64,000 bases of DNA from Eledone cirrhosa (lineage: Eukaryota), in NCBI GenBank assembly GCA_964016885.1, contig OZ024745.1, positions 118,668,001 through 118,732,000 of the forward strand, read 5' to 3'. The position numbers and the translations under genes are program-made. This document shows positions 12,841 to 25,209 of this stretch, one piece after another (position 1 is the first letter of the stretch; each line of letters opens with the position of its first letter). A model generated the notes under the pieces. That model made no database searches. It saw nothing but the letters and a program-made list of their open reading frames with translations, and was not told where the DNA came from.

Positions 12841-13114
12841 CACTAGACAATCTGGAGAAGGTAAGTATGGGTGGCAAAAGCCTTTTCTGTTAAATATAAG
12901 TTTTAAAAGTTCTACATGATGTGTATAACAAGAAAGAGGGAGAAAGTAGATATGTATGACATAGGAGACTGTTGGAAGTTTCTAGAGCGAAACCTACATC
13001 AGTGGCTAGAGCAAAGTTCCAACCAGATGTCTTGGTGGTAGAACAGTACTGTAGACAAAGCCATTAAATCAAGAGGCAGGCATGGTAAAGCTGGAAAAAT
13101 GGAGGAAGCAAATT

Positions 13115-13385
13115 ACTGACGGAAATATATGCGATATTTTTATAAGTGTTATAATATAACGGCCGCTAACCGGAAGTGTTGACATTTGAAAATTTTAAGA
13201 AGTGAATTTTAAAGGTCTTTAAATAAGCTATAAAATATATTTAATCAACAGCCACGAAATTTAGTAGGTAAATTATGTAATATTCATTCATTATTTATTC
13301 AAAGTAATCCAACTTATTTTACAAACGGGGTAAAAAGATATATTCTGGACGCAATCCCGCACTCCTTTCTTATTATAGTTAAGAT
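13115..13385 (-). mobile_element. Possible non-autonomous Helitron-like fragment
   Basis: Minus strand begins a-TCttaactataataag, resembling a Helitron 5' TC end. It retains CpG and abuts the RTE fragment. Confidence 0.3.
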
Positions 13386-14029
13386 ACACATTACATTACA
13401 TTACATATACATTACATACACACATGTATCTGCATACATCAAAACATACAGATCTATATATGCAACAACATGTAGATGTGGTCAGATTCATGCATATATA
13501 CATGTATGTCTGACTGACTAGCTGATATTGGCTAAATTTTAATGAAAGAATCTCTCATTTCTGGGCTAGAGACCCAGCTCTAATTTATTGGTGAAAAATT
13601 TGAAAAATGAAACTAGAAAACATGCATCAACATACAGATAGATATATACAGACATTTATGATATCTATGAAAGACATATAAAGAACTAGGTAGACAGATC
13701 AAATTACAGTGTGTAGGAGAGAAAGGTGCTTTTTAAAAGCTTCATTTACAGGGCAGCCTGCCTCATAATATTGAAGGGGATGGAGGCAAGTGAAGAAACT
13801 AGGAAGAGGAAATAGTGATGGTTGCTTTATTAACCTTCCTATATTTCTCCACCTCAAACTATTTATTATCCACCATTTAATGGAGTAAGGGTAAGTAAAA
13901 AAAGGTTGGGAGGAATATGTGTAGGTATCCTATTGTACATACAGAAAAAAGTTAAATAGAAACAAAATCTTGTGGGCGGGGTGGGGGTGTTACATCAATG
14001 GTAGCCTGACCTCTTTCGTTTATAATAAT

Positions 14030-14272
14030 GGTTTCTGATTTAGTCACAGGCCAACAATTTTAGGAAGGGGAAAATCGATTAAATCGCCTCCTGTGGTACT
14101 GTTTACTGGTACTTTATTGTATAAAGTACCATTACTGGTACTTTATTTTATCGACCCAGTAAAGATGAAAGGCAAAGTTAACCTTGGTGGGATTTGAACT
14201 CAAACCGCAAAGGGCCGTAACTCTATGCTGCAAAGTATGACGTCCAGCCTTCTACCGATACTGCCAATCCAC
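14030..14272 (-). mobile_element. tRNA-derived Meta-like SINE
   Basis: Family motifs, with a small internal rearrangement near 14100-14135. Confidence 0.8.
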
Positions 14273-14699
14273 CGGCATGGTGTTTATAGTAGCTAAAGTA
14301 GGAGTTAAGCCCTTTTAGTTGTTTTTTTCTGGTGGTGGTGGTAATGGTGGTGGAATTTGGTGAATAATGAGTGAAGGTAGAAATGCAATTTTTTTTTGGG
14401 GGGGGGGGGGGATTGTGGAATGTAGGTGTGTGGGCTGGGTATCTAGGGTGGACGTTGGCAATGAGCTGAGTAACTAGGGTAGATGTTGGTAGTCGGTGGG
14501 TTAATGGACTATGACAATAGCGGTGAAGAATATTATGTAAGGGGAGAGTAGTGGCAATGGAAATTATTTCTTGAACAAGAGAGAAGAGCAAAGGGGCTGA
14601 AATAAGGGAATAGTAAATAGGAAGATAATGAGAAAGGAAAGGAAGGAAAGATGGTGGCTTGAGGGAATGGATGGAGTACTGTGAGGAGAATAACTGAGG

Positions 14700-14848
14700 G
14701 AGAGTGGAGTATAGTAAAGAGAGTGGAGTATAGTAAAGAGAGTGGAGTATAGTAAAGAGAGTGGAGTAGAGTAAAGAGAGTGGAGTAGAGTAAAGAGAGT
14801 GGAGTAGAGTAAAGAGAGTGGAGTAGAGTAAAGAGAGTGGAGTAGAGT
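14700..14848. repeat. 19-bp purine-rich minisatellite (~8 units)
   Basis: agagtggagta(t/g)agtaaag repeated. Confidence 0.9.
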
Positions 14849-15199
14849 ACAGATAGACAAGCTTTGAAAGGATGGAAGAATGAAAGAGATCAGACAAGAA
14901 ACCAAGAGGAAATAAAAGATAAAGAAGGGAACTGAATTAGGGGGTGGGGGTGTTATAATGTACTGAATGAAGGATCAAAGAAGTGTTTCAAAAGAGAAGG
15001 AATGAAAAGAAACAAGAAATGTAAGGGGAAAAAGGGGAAATACATACAAAGCAAGAAAGAAAGGAAGTGAAAGAAGGAATGGATGGAAGAAGATTTTGAA
15101 GTGAAATAAGATCAGAGAGCCACAATAATGGGAGACAACTATGAGGATGAGTGAATGGATGGATGAGTGAATGGATGGATGTATAAATGGGTGAATGGG

Positions 15200-15550
15200 T
15201 GGCCGAAATCGACTCAACAATTGATCTCCACATGGGTCTGTCGTTCATTGCCGTTGCCAAGTCCTGGATTTCAATACCAGAATCTCTGGAGATGACATCG
15301 ATATAGGAGAGCTTGTGCCCCCTGTTATTAGTGACTGCTTGTAGTTTCCAAAGCACTAATGGGGACACAGCCTCATAGGTGGCACGATGGCAGTGGCCAG
15401 CAAGTCTTACTCTCCTTTTACATACAACGACAGATATATGTGGGAGGCCAGCATATATCTCTCTCAAAGTCAGATGTCACCAGCTTATGTTCTGAATGCG
15501 TTGAAGTAGGGTAGTGTTGTTTGGATGAAAGCGTCCATGTTTCACTTCCA
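15200..15550 (-). mobile_element. RTE/RTEX LINE 3' end fragment
   Basis: ORF 14988-15467 includes RRVRLAGHCHR...LVLWK...SYIDVISRD...AMNDRPMWRSIV, a typical RTE C-terminus. Confidence 0.85.
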
Positions 15551-15847
15551 TATAGCAAGATTGGTTGAATTGTTACTTGGAAGAGTGGATGTATAAATAA
15601 GAATGAAAAGAACTGATGAATGAACAGTTGGCTGGATGGATATTTCTAACAAATAATTGGAATACTTTTTGAACCAATTCTTTAAAATACAGGTTAAGGA
15701 GTAATGGAGAAAGGCAGGTGTAAATAAGAGGGGTCGGTGGGAAAGCAAGCAAAGAAAACAATACAGTTTATGAAGAAGTAGAGAAGCAAAACAATAAAAA
15801 CAAAAACAAGAATGAGGAAAGATAGACAGACAAGTAGATAGATATAA

Positions 15848-16035
15848 TGGTACAAGGCCAACAATTTTGAGGCAGGGGAAAGTCGATTAAATCAACCCCA
15901 GTGTAATACTGGTATTTTATTTTATCAACCCTATAAAAATGAAAGACAAAGCTAACCTCAGTGGGATTTGAAATCAGAACATATGCCATGCAGCATGGTA
16001 TCCAACACTCTACAGATACTGCCAACCCACTGCCC
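15848..16035 (-). mobile_element. tRNA-derived Meta-like SINE (diverged)
   Basis: Family motifs. Confidence 0.75.
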
Positions 16036-16101
16036 TCTGGCAGATAGATATAATGATACTTAGACAAGTACAAAAAGTCAAATTCACAGTCCAACACATG
16101 C

Positions 16102-16136
<35 letters not shown>

Positions 16137-16140
<4 letters not shown>

Positions 16141-16277
16141 TAATCAAAATTTCATATGCTTAATATGTATGGGCGACCATTGTGAAACGGCTCCTCTACT
16201 GTACAGTGAGGCCATAACTGGACCCCAAAACCTAGGCCATGCAGACATGTTAAATGTATGAAATTTTAATTAAACTA
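16137..16277. mobile_element. Small MITE-like element in a TA tract
   Basis: Imperfect TIRs agtataatcaaaatttcata/tatgaaattttaattaaact. Confidence 0.5.
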
Positions 16278-16559
16278 TATAAGCTCTCTTGGTTAATGAT
16301 GCAACAGTTGTTTTCACAATAGGTTTGGGGATAACATTTAACCCTTTAACATTTACATTACTCTATATTGGCTCTTACATTTTCACGGTAAAAGCTTCAC
16401 ATAATTATCTCACATAAAATTGAAGCTATGAGATTTTGATGTTATTTATTTTGAGAACAATACCTTAACATCAGTACCGGTTTGAACAGAAAGAGCTGAG
16501 AGCATTCTGACCAGATATGACCGGTTTAAAGTTGGATTTTCTTTGCTCACGGTATAAAG

Positions 16560-17110
16560 AACAGACTGACTAATACATAGTTACAATTTCAAGGAAATCG
16601 GTCTGACGTAATGCCTCAAAAACCCCCTAAAAAGCTTAAAAAACGCAGTTTTTCACCTAATGCGGGACATAGGAGATCAAAAAGTTGAATTTTTTATTGC
16701 ATAACACTCCCTGAATCATAAGTAATACACATATAAAGTTTGAAAAAAATCAGTTGGGTACTTCTCGAGTTTTAGGGATTCAAACTCACAGGCACACACA
16801 CTGAGACAGACATCCTCAGGGAAGTGACGTAATGCAGACAGCTAGACATACAGACAGATATTATAAGGATGCAACGTTATATATATGTATCTATCTAAAA
16901 AGAGAAAGACTAAGAATTATAGAGAGAGATCGCTAAATCGCCTAATGTGGTCCCTAGGGCATTGAAAATTTGAAATTTGTTTTGTTCAGAACACTCCCTG
17001 AAACATAAGTATTACATGTGTAAAGTTTAAAAACAGTCGGTTAGGTGGTTCTCGAGTTTTAGGGATTCAAACTCACACATACAGACATCCTCAGTTTTAT
17101 ATATATAGAT
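16560..17110 (-). mobile_element. Two tandem partial copies of a Helitron-like non-autonomous element
   Basis: Duplicated block (aacactccctgaa...ttctcgagttttagggattcaaactcac...acagacatcctcag). The minus strand starts a-TCtatatatataaaa, and acag subrepeats are present. Confidence 0.5.
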
Positions 17111-17217
17111 AAGTATTTCGGCTCTGTATTATATTTGTTATTTTACATTGAGCTACTCTCATACTTGTAATTGGATAATATTTAATATTACCCACATTAT
17201 ATATATATATATATATA

Positions 17218-17632
17218 AGTAGATAAATCTACCAAAATATACGGTAGTGTCCAATCCGTATGAAGAACTCAATGTAATCCAAATATCATGAAAAGAGAAG
17301 AATTTTTTCGATGAAAATCACAGGAAAACAGAGTCAAGATAAATTAATAAAAACAAAGAAACCGTTCCTTATATTAAAAAATTCATCATTTTACGATCGT
17401 TTCTAGGATATATATGTGTGTGTTGGTATGTATATCATATAGATCTATGTAAAAATTTTACAAACTTGTAGGTATGTATATTCCCTCTGATAGTTTGTAA
17501 AATTTTTACATAGATCTATATGATATACATACCAACACACACATATATATCCTAGAAACGATCGTAAAATGATGAATTTTTTAATATAAGGAACTGTTTC
17601 TTTGTTTTTATTCATTGTTTTTATTAATTTAT
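17218..17632. mobile_element. (TA)n-flanked foldback element with hammerhead 3' halves
   Basis: Inverted arms at 17341-17466 and 17492-17632 with a 25-nt spacer. Each arm carries GAAAC-GAUC-GUA. Confidence 0.65.
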
Positions 17633-17649
17633 ATATATATATATATATA

Positions 17650-17988
17650 ATCATCATCATCATCATTTCATTTTACGTCCGCATTTTCCCTGCTTGCAAG
17701 GGTGGGACGGGAACTGATTCTGGCTTGATTTCTACAGCTGGATGCCCTTCCTAACACCAACCTCATTTACAGTGAGTGCTGGGTGCTTTTTTGCCGTGGC
17801 ACCTGCACGACCACTTTGCAGTGGAATGATATGGACCCTAGTCCCTATCATCTCATTTCTACAGCTGAGTAAACTGGAGCAATCTGAAATAAAGTGTCTT
17901 GCTCAAGGAAACAACACATCACCCGGTCTGAGAATTGAACTCACAACCTTTCGATTGCAAGGCCAATGCTCTAACCACTAAGCCATGT
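17650..17988 (-). mobile_element. tRNA-derived CORE-like SINE with RTE-type tail
   Basis: Box A ggcttagtggttagag, box B gagttcaattctc, and CORE-like ccttgagcaagacacttt. Nearly identical to 43457-43791. Confidence 0.85.
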
Positions 17989-18896
17989 ATATATATATAT
18001 ATACTCACATACATAATCTCCCCACAGGCATTTGAATAGCTGATTATGTTTACCACCCATACAAAATACAATACACAGATCGAAGAAGAATTGATTGTGT
18101 TCTTACATCAATAACTAAATGAAAAAGATTCATTGAAAAAGCAAAGGATCAAATCCTCCACACGATGATGTCAACCATACCTTTGTGAAGCGCTACTCAC
18201 ATTCTTCCTGATTAACACCACTTTTGCTATCAGAGATATCTAACTACCAACAAATTAACTGCCTCTATTATTCTTTTATCCAAATAGTTTTTTGATAGCT
18301 TGTTTGATTGATTGTTTCAGTGACCAGTCTTGTGTTTCAGAAACTACTAAATCTAGTGAGCTGAAAATTTTAAACTCAGATTAATTAATTACTGAACAAA
18401 ATCAAATCCTGTTCTTTTCATTTTTCCCCCTTAAATTTTGATTTTTTTTTTTCTTTCTTTTTTTTTTCCTTTTTTTATTTTATTTTATTAATTTATTTAT
18501 TCATTTTATTTTTTTGTTACCTTACTTGGATATCAAATACATGATAGGCTGATTGAGCATGTTCATTGGCTGGTGTGTTATAGGTTATATGTAAATTTAA
18601 ATCAGTTACATGGAAAGTGAGTACAATAGTCAGTAATTCAAAATGAATTTAGCTATTGATATTATAATGTAGAGAAAAATTGTCCTTGCATATAGAGTCA
18701 ATGACTTTTCAGTTAATTTTAGGTCAAATAGTTCTTTTTATTATAAGACAGAATGTAGAAAGTGTACAGATTCAATGTAGCCTTATTGAGCCTTCTTCTT
18801 ATTGTCTCTTTTTAAAAAATTGATATCAGGAAAATTCAAATTCAAGAAGTGAACAGCATAGATGAAGAAGATTACCTCTTTTGTGGTCTAATTTAA

Positions 18897-19103
18897 CCCT
18901 TTAGCATCTAAACTGACCATATCAAGTCAGAATTCATTCACCTCTTTCTCTCCAAACCAGCCATATATGGCCACTCATACTGATGTTAAGGTATTGTTCT
19001 CAAAATAAATAATATCAAAATCTCATAGATTTGATATTATGTGAGATAATTGTGAGATAAAGCCTTTACTGTGAAAATGTAATAGTAAATAAATGGTAAA
19101 GGG
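18897..19103. mobile_element. piggyBac-type MITE (reverse orientation relative to 10813-11023)
   Basis: ttaa-ccctttagcat ... aaatggtaaaggg-tgaa, with internal homology to 10813-11023. Confidence 0.75.
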
Positions 19104-20536
19104 TGAATCTGTCAACATTTGAGAGGAATTTGTTTGTATATATTTTATCTTCTTAAGTTTCATTATAGTTTCTTTCTTCAATTATATACTCAATTGAATT
19201 ATATAGCACTCTATATTCAGTTACATGCCATCATAAGATATTGGGTTTTTTTTTATAGCTATTCAACACTCATAAAATATAACTTCTACTGCAACTTAAC
19301 TAGCTTCACACCGCAATATATAAAGCCATGTGTATCCGGTTTATCAAATGAAATTTGAGTTTATGATATTTTAAAGATGTTAACTATTATACAAACGCTC
19401 AGAATAAACATGCTAACCATTGGGAAAATTACCACTAGTGGAATCAGATGGAAGAAACGGCAAGTAACAAGGCAAAATAGATTCATCACTGCTCAGGGAT
19501 AAATAACAAACAGGACAGAGCATAGATTATATGAGACAATTAAGAGAGAGAAAATAAAATAAAACGTTATCTCGGATGAATAGGCTGCATTTCTAATAAA
19601 ATACATTCTTTTTGAAGGATTTACTAAAATTATTAATTATTTCATTACTAAATAGTAACTTAATATAAGGTTCTTATATAAAATTATGTAGGAAGATTTT
19701 GGTTTAAATTGGAAACCTTTAAAATAGGTGGCTTTATTTCATAGAACCAGAACTGGTTTTGGTCGGGTTACTAAAGGTTAAGAGTAGAGCATGAAAATAA
19801 ATTACAGAAGCCAGTCGTTAAACTGAAGGAAGGACAAAACATGAAGGAACATGATGCCAAAGAAAAGAAAATATGGCCTTGAGGCCTAAAAAAAAAACGT
19901 GTTACCACTTCGATAGAAGGGAGAGTTTTGGGTGGATAAAGAAGGGGACAGAATTCAGACAAAAGTATGGAAGGTCAGTAGAAACATCAACCCAAGGTGC
20001 CACACAGTGAAATCAAACCCAGAATCACATGGCTGGAGAATGAATGTTAACCACATAGCTATGGCTGTACCCACGTAAATATAAAATATAAGTCAACTGT
20101 ACCAAATCTCTTCTCAACAGTGACTGTATAGTAACTAATTTACAAATATAGAGGATATTATAAGCCATTAATTAGTGGAATAATTAGGAAATGGGTTTCA
20201 TTTGATGACAAAGGGAGAGGAAGAAAATCCAGATTTAGATCTGGCAAATTTTCCAATATATTTAACTGAAGATGCACAAAATGTCCATTTCATCATTTGA
20301 TATGCTTGAATAAGTAAGATGTTAAACCAGCCAACTAACTCATTAACCAAACAACCAAACAATCACATAAGCCAAACCAGGGAGCTACTCAGTTTAGCAG
20401 TCAAAATATTCAACACACTTCTAACCCTACAATGCCTCTTTTCTTAAGTGTTAGCTACATTTCTTTGAATTAAGCAGATGTAACTAACATATTCCAGTTT
20501 GTTTCAGGTAACATCCTCCAGAAGATCTTGTTTATA

Positions 20537-20908
20537 CAGTGTACCTTCAGCATTTGCAGTCCAGGTTGTTCGCAGAATTTTCCTTAAAACCTAATTAATA
20601 ATAGTTCATGGAAACCACCGCAATTCACGGAATTGTAAATATCTTCCACAATTTTTTTAATGGATTTTTTTTTGCAGCAATATATATTTTTTTAACACTA
20701 AATTATTAATAAAAATATACCGTATTTTTCAGCCTATTGGACGCTCCTTCACATAAGACGCTCTCTTTCTTTATTATATTTTACGTTATATTTTGATGTT
20801 TATATGCATTTTTATGGACCGCATCTAATATTTGCAGTTTTTCACTCCTTGCGGGAGCTCTAGGAACGTAACCCCCACCCCCGAATTCCAGGCGGGGGGG
20901 GCAACTGT
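20537..20908. mobile_element. Decayed Tc1/mariner-pogo-type MITE(s)
   Basis: ta-cagtgtacc ... ggcaactg-ta ends, with an internal ta-ccgtatttt terminus at ~20720. Confidence 0.4.
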
Positions 20909-21176
20909 ATTTCTAACAGCTAGGTGACAAAATATAACACACTGTCAGTGACAATTCATGAACCAGCATACCTGATTCTAGTCAGCTGATGTTTCTTTTA
21001 ACTTGGCCAGTTCCAACTCTCACATTAGAACTAATGAGAATTTAATACTGATAAATTACATATAACAAACCTAATTAAATATTATCAAACTACACAATTA
21101 TATTCAAATTACACATTTGATAATCAAGTAACTCTTTCATAACACGTTTTTATCCAAATATTCTTTCAAATACTCA

Positions 21177-21375
21177 CCCCCACCCCACTAAAATAGCTCA
21201 CCTCAACCCTTCTCCAACACCCCCACCCCACTAATCTAGCTCACCTCAACCCTTCTCCAACGCCCCCACCCCACTAAAATAGCTCATAGCTCACCTCAGC
21301 CCTTCTCCAACACCCCCACCCCACTAAAATAGCTCACCTCAACCCTTCTCCAACACCCCCACCCCACTAAAATAG
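21177..21375. repeat. ~43-bp C-rich tandem repeat (~4.5 units)
   Basis: cccccaccccactaaaatagctcacctcaacccttctccaaca repeated. Confidence 0.9.
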
Positions 21376-21519
21376 AACTGCAGTTCTGTTTACATGCCAA
21401 CACAAGAGCAAGAATGAGGGGCTCATTCTATTAACATGGCTTAAAAAAATGCTTCTTTGCATAATTGCAAACGTATTGAATGTTATTAATATTCGAAAAA
21501 CTCAGATTACATTTATATT

Positions 21520-21954
21520 TACATATACATATACATATATATACATATACATATACCTATATATATACATATATATATATACATATACATATACATATAC
21601 CTATATATATACATATATATATATACATATACACATATACATACATATATATACATATACATACATATACATACATATACATACATATACATACATATAT
21701 ATACATATACATACATACATATATATACATATACATACATATACATACATATATACACATATACATACATATATACACATATACATACATATACATACAT
21801 ACATACACATACATATACATACATATATATATATACACATATATATACATACATATATATATACACATATATATACACATATATACACACACATACACAC
21901 ATATACATACACTATATATATATACATACATACACATGTATATATATATATATA
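21520..21954. repeat. TACA/TATACA compound microsatellite
   Basis: Directly visible. Confidence 0.95.
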
Positions 21955-22386
21955 CTTTGGCACAATGCCATAAACTTGTAAGGAGCAAGGATGAGGTGTA
22001 GTTGATTAATAGTGCTTATCCTATCAATCCCATTGAGATGAAAAGATAGAGTTAATGACTGCTGGGCTATGTATGATTTATTCATTTGCACACTAAAGTA
22101 TTCATATAGTTATTTTCAAAATCAGTAATACAACATAACTTGTTTCACCCAAGTAAAGTACTACACAACAGAGACTGCTTACTCTCACTCAAAAATTCAA
22201 AGAAATTAAATTATATTCTTCAATTTGAAATACATATTCAATTAGCTAACATACTTTAAGTGTTGTTTTATTTTTTGTACTGGATATAAAACAATTTATG
22301 TCAACAAACATTGCATATATGTAGCAGATCTCTCGGATTTATACAAAGCGCTGAGAAGATAAAGAATGACAATTGTATGTGTGAAA

Positions 22387-22592
22387 GTGCATGGCTATGT
22401 GGCTATAGAATTGGATTCACAATCATGAGGTTGTCAGTTCGATTCCCAGACTGGGTGATGCGTTGAGCAAGACACTTTATTTCACGTTGCTCCTTCTGCC
22501 TGGATTTGCGACCGATAGATAGTATTAGCAATTGGAAAGACCAATGGAAACATTGTTTCCTTGGTCCGATTTGACGAAAGTCGATCGACTGT
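22387..22592 (+). mobile_element. CORE-like tRNA SINE, second subfamily
   Basis: Box B agttcgattccc, ttgagcaagacacttt, and tail ggaaagaccaatggaaacattgtttcc. Relatives at 25883-26048 (-) and 63533-63720 (+). Confidence 0.75.
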
Positions 22593-22615
22593 CAATTGTA
22601 TGTGTAAAAAAATAA

Positions 22616-23043
22616 TTGTTTCTACTTTAGGCACAAGGCCAGCAATTACCCAGTACATTACTGGTACTTTATTTTATCGACCCCGTAAGGATGAAAGGCA
22701 AAGTTAACCTCGGTGGGATTTGAACTCAGACTGTAAAGGGACGTAACTATGCTAAAATAATAACAGTGATAAGGAAATCACTCATGGTCATAAATATAGG
22801 TCGGTGACCTATCCAGGGACTGTTATCTTCCATTCACTTTATTATTATTATCAGTAGAGCGTCAGACACCATGCTTTGCAGCATAGAGTTATGACCTTTG
22901 ACGTTCTGAGATCAAATCTCGCCCAGGTTAGCTTTGCCTTTCATCCTTACGGGATTAATAAAATAAAGCACCAGTAATTCACTGGGGTCAATTTAATCGA
23001 TCACCACCCCCAAATTGCTGTCCGTGTGCCTAAAGTAGAAACA
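22616..23043. mobile_element. Two Meta-like SINEs in inverted (head-to-head) orientation
   Basis: 22616-22753 on the minus strand and 22851-23043 on the plus strand. Confidence 0.8.
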
Positions 23044-23059
23044 ATTATTATTATTATTA

Positions 23060-23510
23060 TTATTCTTTTTTACATCAGTTTTTGCACACTTGCATGGGTT
23101 TGACGGGTCCTTCTCAGCATGGCATCTCTCTACTTTTCGTGTTCTTTCATCATCACGTTGTGAGTCTCAGTGATTTGAGATCAGCTCTCACCACCTCTGC
23201 CCAAGATTTTCTTCATCTGCCTCTACTGCAACTTCCTTCCACTGGGATTTCCTGGCACTGCTTCACCCAGCAATCATTGTCCATGCACATCACATGTCCT
23301 TACCAATGCAGTCTGCTCTCCTGCACACCAGATCAGATTCCTCTTAAACCCAGCTTCTCCCTCAACTCATCCAAGCTCTGCCTTTCTCTCATATTTACAT
23401 TCCAGTCTATACACATTCTCTACAGTCACAGCCCATGTTTCACTACCATGCAACATCACACTTTGCACACAGGCCTCATACAGCCATCCTTTTCTACATA
23501 AGGAGAAACA
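23060..23510 (-). mobile_element. Decayed RTE LINE 3' end
   Basis: Minus strand has an RL.WxGHV...GSCSRGR*RKSWAEVVRADL-like C-terminus and an aacccatgcaag tail. Confidence 0.7.
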
Positions 23511-23600
23511 TTGTCTATATGATTCCAACAGCACAATCACTGGTTTACTGAATTTTCAATGGCGAGAGTATCATTAAGGGAATGGAACTTGGATGAAGTC

Positions 23601-23787
23601 CAAGTAAAATTCCGTTATAATGAATACCATTATAACAAATTTTTCAGTATAATGAAATGTTTTTGAATCCCTGAGGTAATAACAAACAAACGATCGATTT
23701 GTTTCGGTCAATCTCATTATAAAGATTTTACGTTACAACAAATTTTTTTTTATACCCCATGAATTTCATTGTAACAGAATTTCACTG
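23601..23787. mobile_element. pogo/Tigger-like MITE
   Basis: Homologous to 56024-56180; ends in gaatttcactg-ta. Confidence 0.65.
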
Positions 23788-23914
23788 TAGTAAGGCTAGT
23801 AATACTTATATGGAGTATATACAAGATGTTGTTTGATACAATAGTTTACTGGCAAATTGTTTTCTTGCTGCATGTATGTCTTATACTGATAAACACCTAC
23901 ATATATATATCTAT

Positions 23915-24345
23915 CTAAGGCGGGTAAAATTCCCGAGATCCATGGACGAGTTCTCTCCAGCAGTCTCTGTCCCTCATTATCGCTGCCATATCCTGCATCT
24001 CCAACAGACCAGTGTCTGTCCTTAGGGCATCAACATATGTTAACCTTGGTCTTCCTCTTCTAGTGTGTCCATGTAGGGGCTCCCAAAGGAGCACTGAGTG
24101 CAATGTCAACTCTGGATGTCGGTGAGCATGTCCAGCCAACCTCAATCTCCTCTGTGTCACTTTTGAGCTGACTTTTGGGATGCTCCCATACAGTTCTGAG
24201 TTTTTTATCCTCAGTGTATACTGATTAATGTTCAGAGCCATCCTCAGCATTCTCGTGTAGCACCCATCCACCATCTGAGTGAGTCTCTTGGTCAGTGTCC
24301 AAGTCTCAGACCCATACAGCAGCACAGACTCCACTACAGCAATGG
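23915..24345 (-). mobile_element. RTEX/RTE LINE 3' end with an open C-terminal frame
   Basis: VESVLLYGSETWTLTK...DGCYTRMLRMALNI...RRLRLAGHAHRH...LLWEP..G...RGRPRLTYVD. Confidence 0.9.
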
Positions 24346-24444
24346 GACATACATATATATATATATATACATATACATACATGCGGTGCCCCAGCATGGC
24401 CTCAACTTTCTGGCTGGAATGAGTAATGGTAAAATAGAATACAT

Positions 24445-24710
24445 ACATGCGTGATATGCAACAAAGTGTGTAGAACTAGTTCCGGACTAAAAAAAAACAC
24501 ATGGTGGTACAGAAAGATTTTGTACCACAGGGTGACCCCAGTGGTCCTGTGGAAAGCACGACCCTCTTATGTCACCTGTGGTGTAAACCATGCAGATCTG
24601 CAGCTCGTCTACAAAGTCATCTACGAAGTCATGGAGCGGGTGGGATGAGAATGAAGAATCAATAAGAGACGGCAATCGTCTGTGAAGATGCTGCAATCCT
24701 CCTCATATAA
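24445..24710 (+). mobile_element. RTE(BovB-like) LINE 3' end with two degenerate C2H2 fingers
   Basis: CVICNKVCRTSSGLKK(frameshift)HMVV...LCHLWCKPCRSAARLQSHLRSH followed by a stop. Confidence 0.6.
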
Positions 24711-25059
24711 GCATAAATTCAGGCTTTTAGAATAGATAGTGTATCCCTGTGTGCCGTAAGATGTAGCTATAAGACTTGATGTCAGGAGGAATATTTGACT
24801 GTGAGATATTATTGACTTAAAACATCCTGTCCATCCCACGTCAACATGAACAAAATCCATGTAAAAGCAATAATATATATATATATATATATATACAATG
24901 GTTAAATATACTTTTCATTGATTTCTACCGTCATGTACATAGTAATGCAAATAGCAAATAATAGACTGACAACTGAAATAAACAAAAATTGCACAGTACT
25001 ATATATATATATATATAGTTTGGATTGCCTCGAGAATGTAACCTTATTACATAATGAAA

Positions 25060-25132
25060 CTGTCTGATGAGATCATGTCAATGGTTGCATAAAATCACGT
25101 GGCCACTGTCGTCATTGAAATATGTACGACAG
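25060..25132 (+). ncRNA. Decayed hammerhead motif in a (TA)n-flanked insert (~25018-25174)
   Basis: ctgt-ctgatga (25064-25070), 18-bp stem II with 3 mismatches, gaaa (25117-25120), tatgta-cg-acag. The cleavage triplet is lost. Confidence 0.6.
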
Positions 25133-25167
25133 CCTTAAACATCTACAACAACTTTACATTTTCTTAT

Positions 25168-25209
<42 letters not shown>

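Larger units (their letters stand above)
10200..13110 (+). mobile_element. Decayed RTE-clade LINE (AP-endonuclease region), interrupted by three later events
   Basis: From 10201 it translates FRTVTFNVGTLKGKSSAIMDMLE**QIGVCCEQEVRWRG, and later ...QSGLSKEQKDCFYEDLL.... A WW-N-like linker motif lies near 13033. Multiple stops and frameshifts. Confidence 0.8.
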
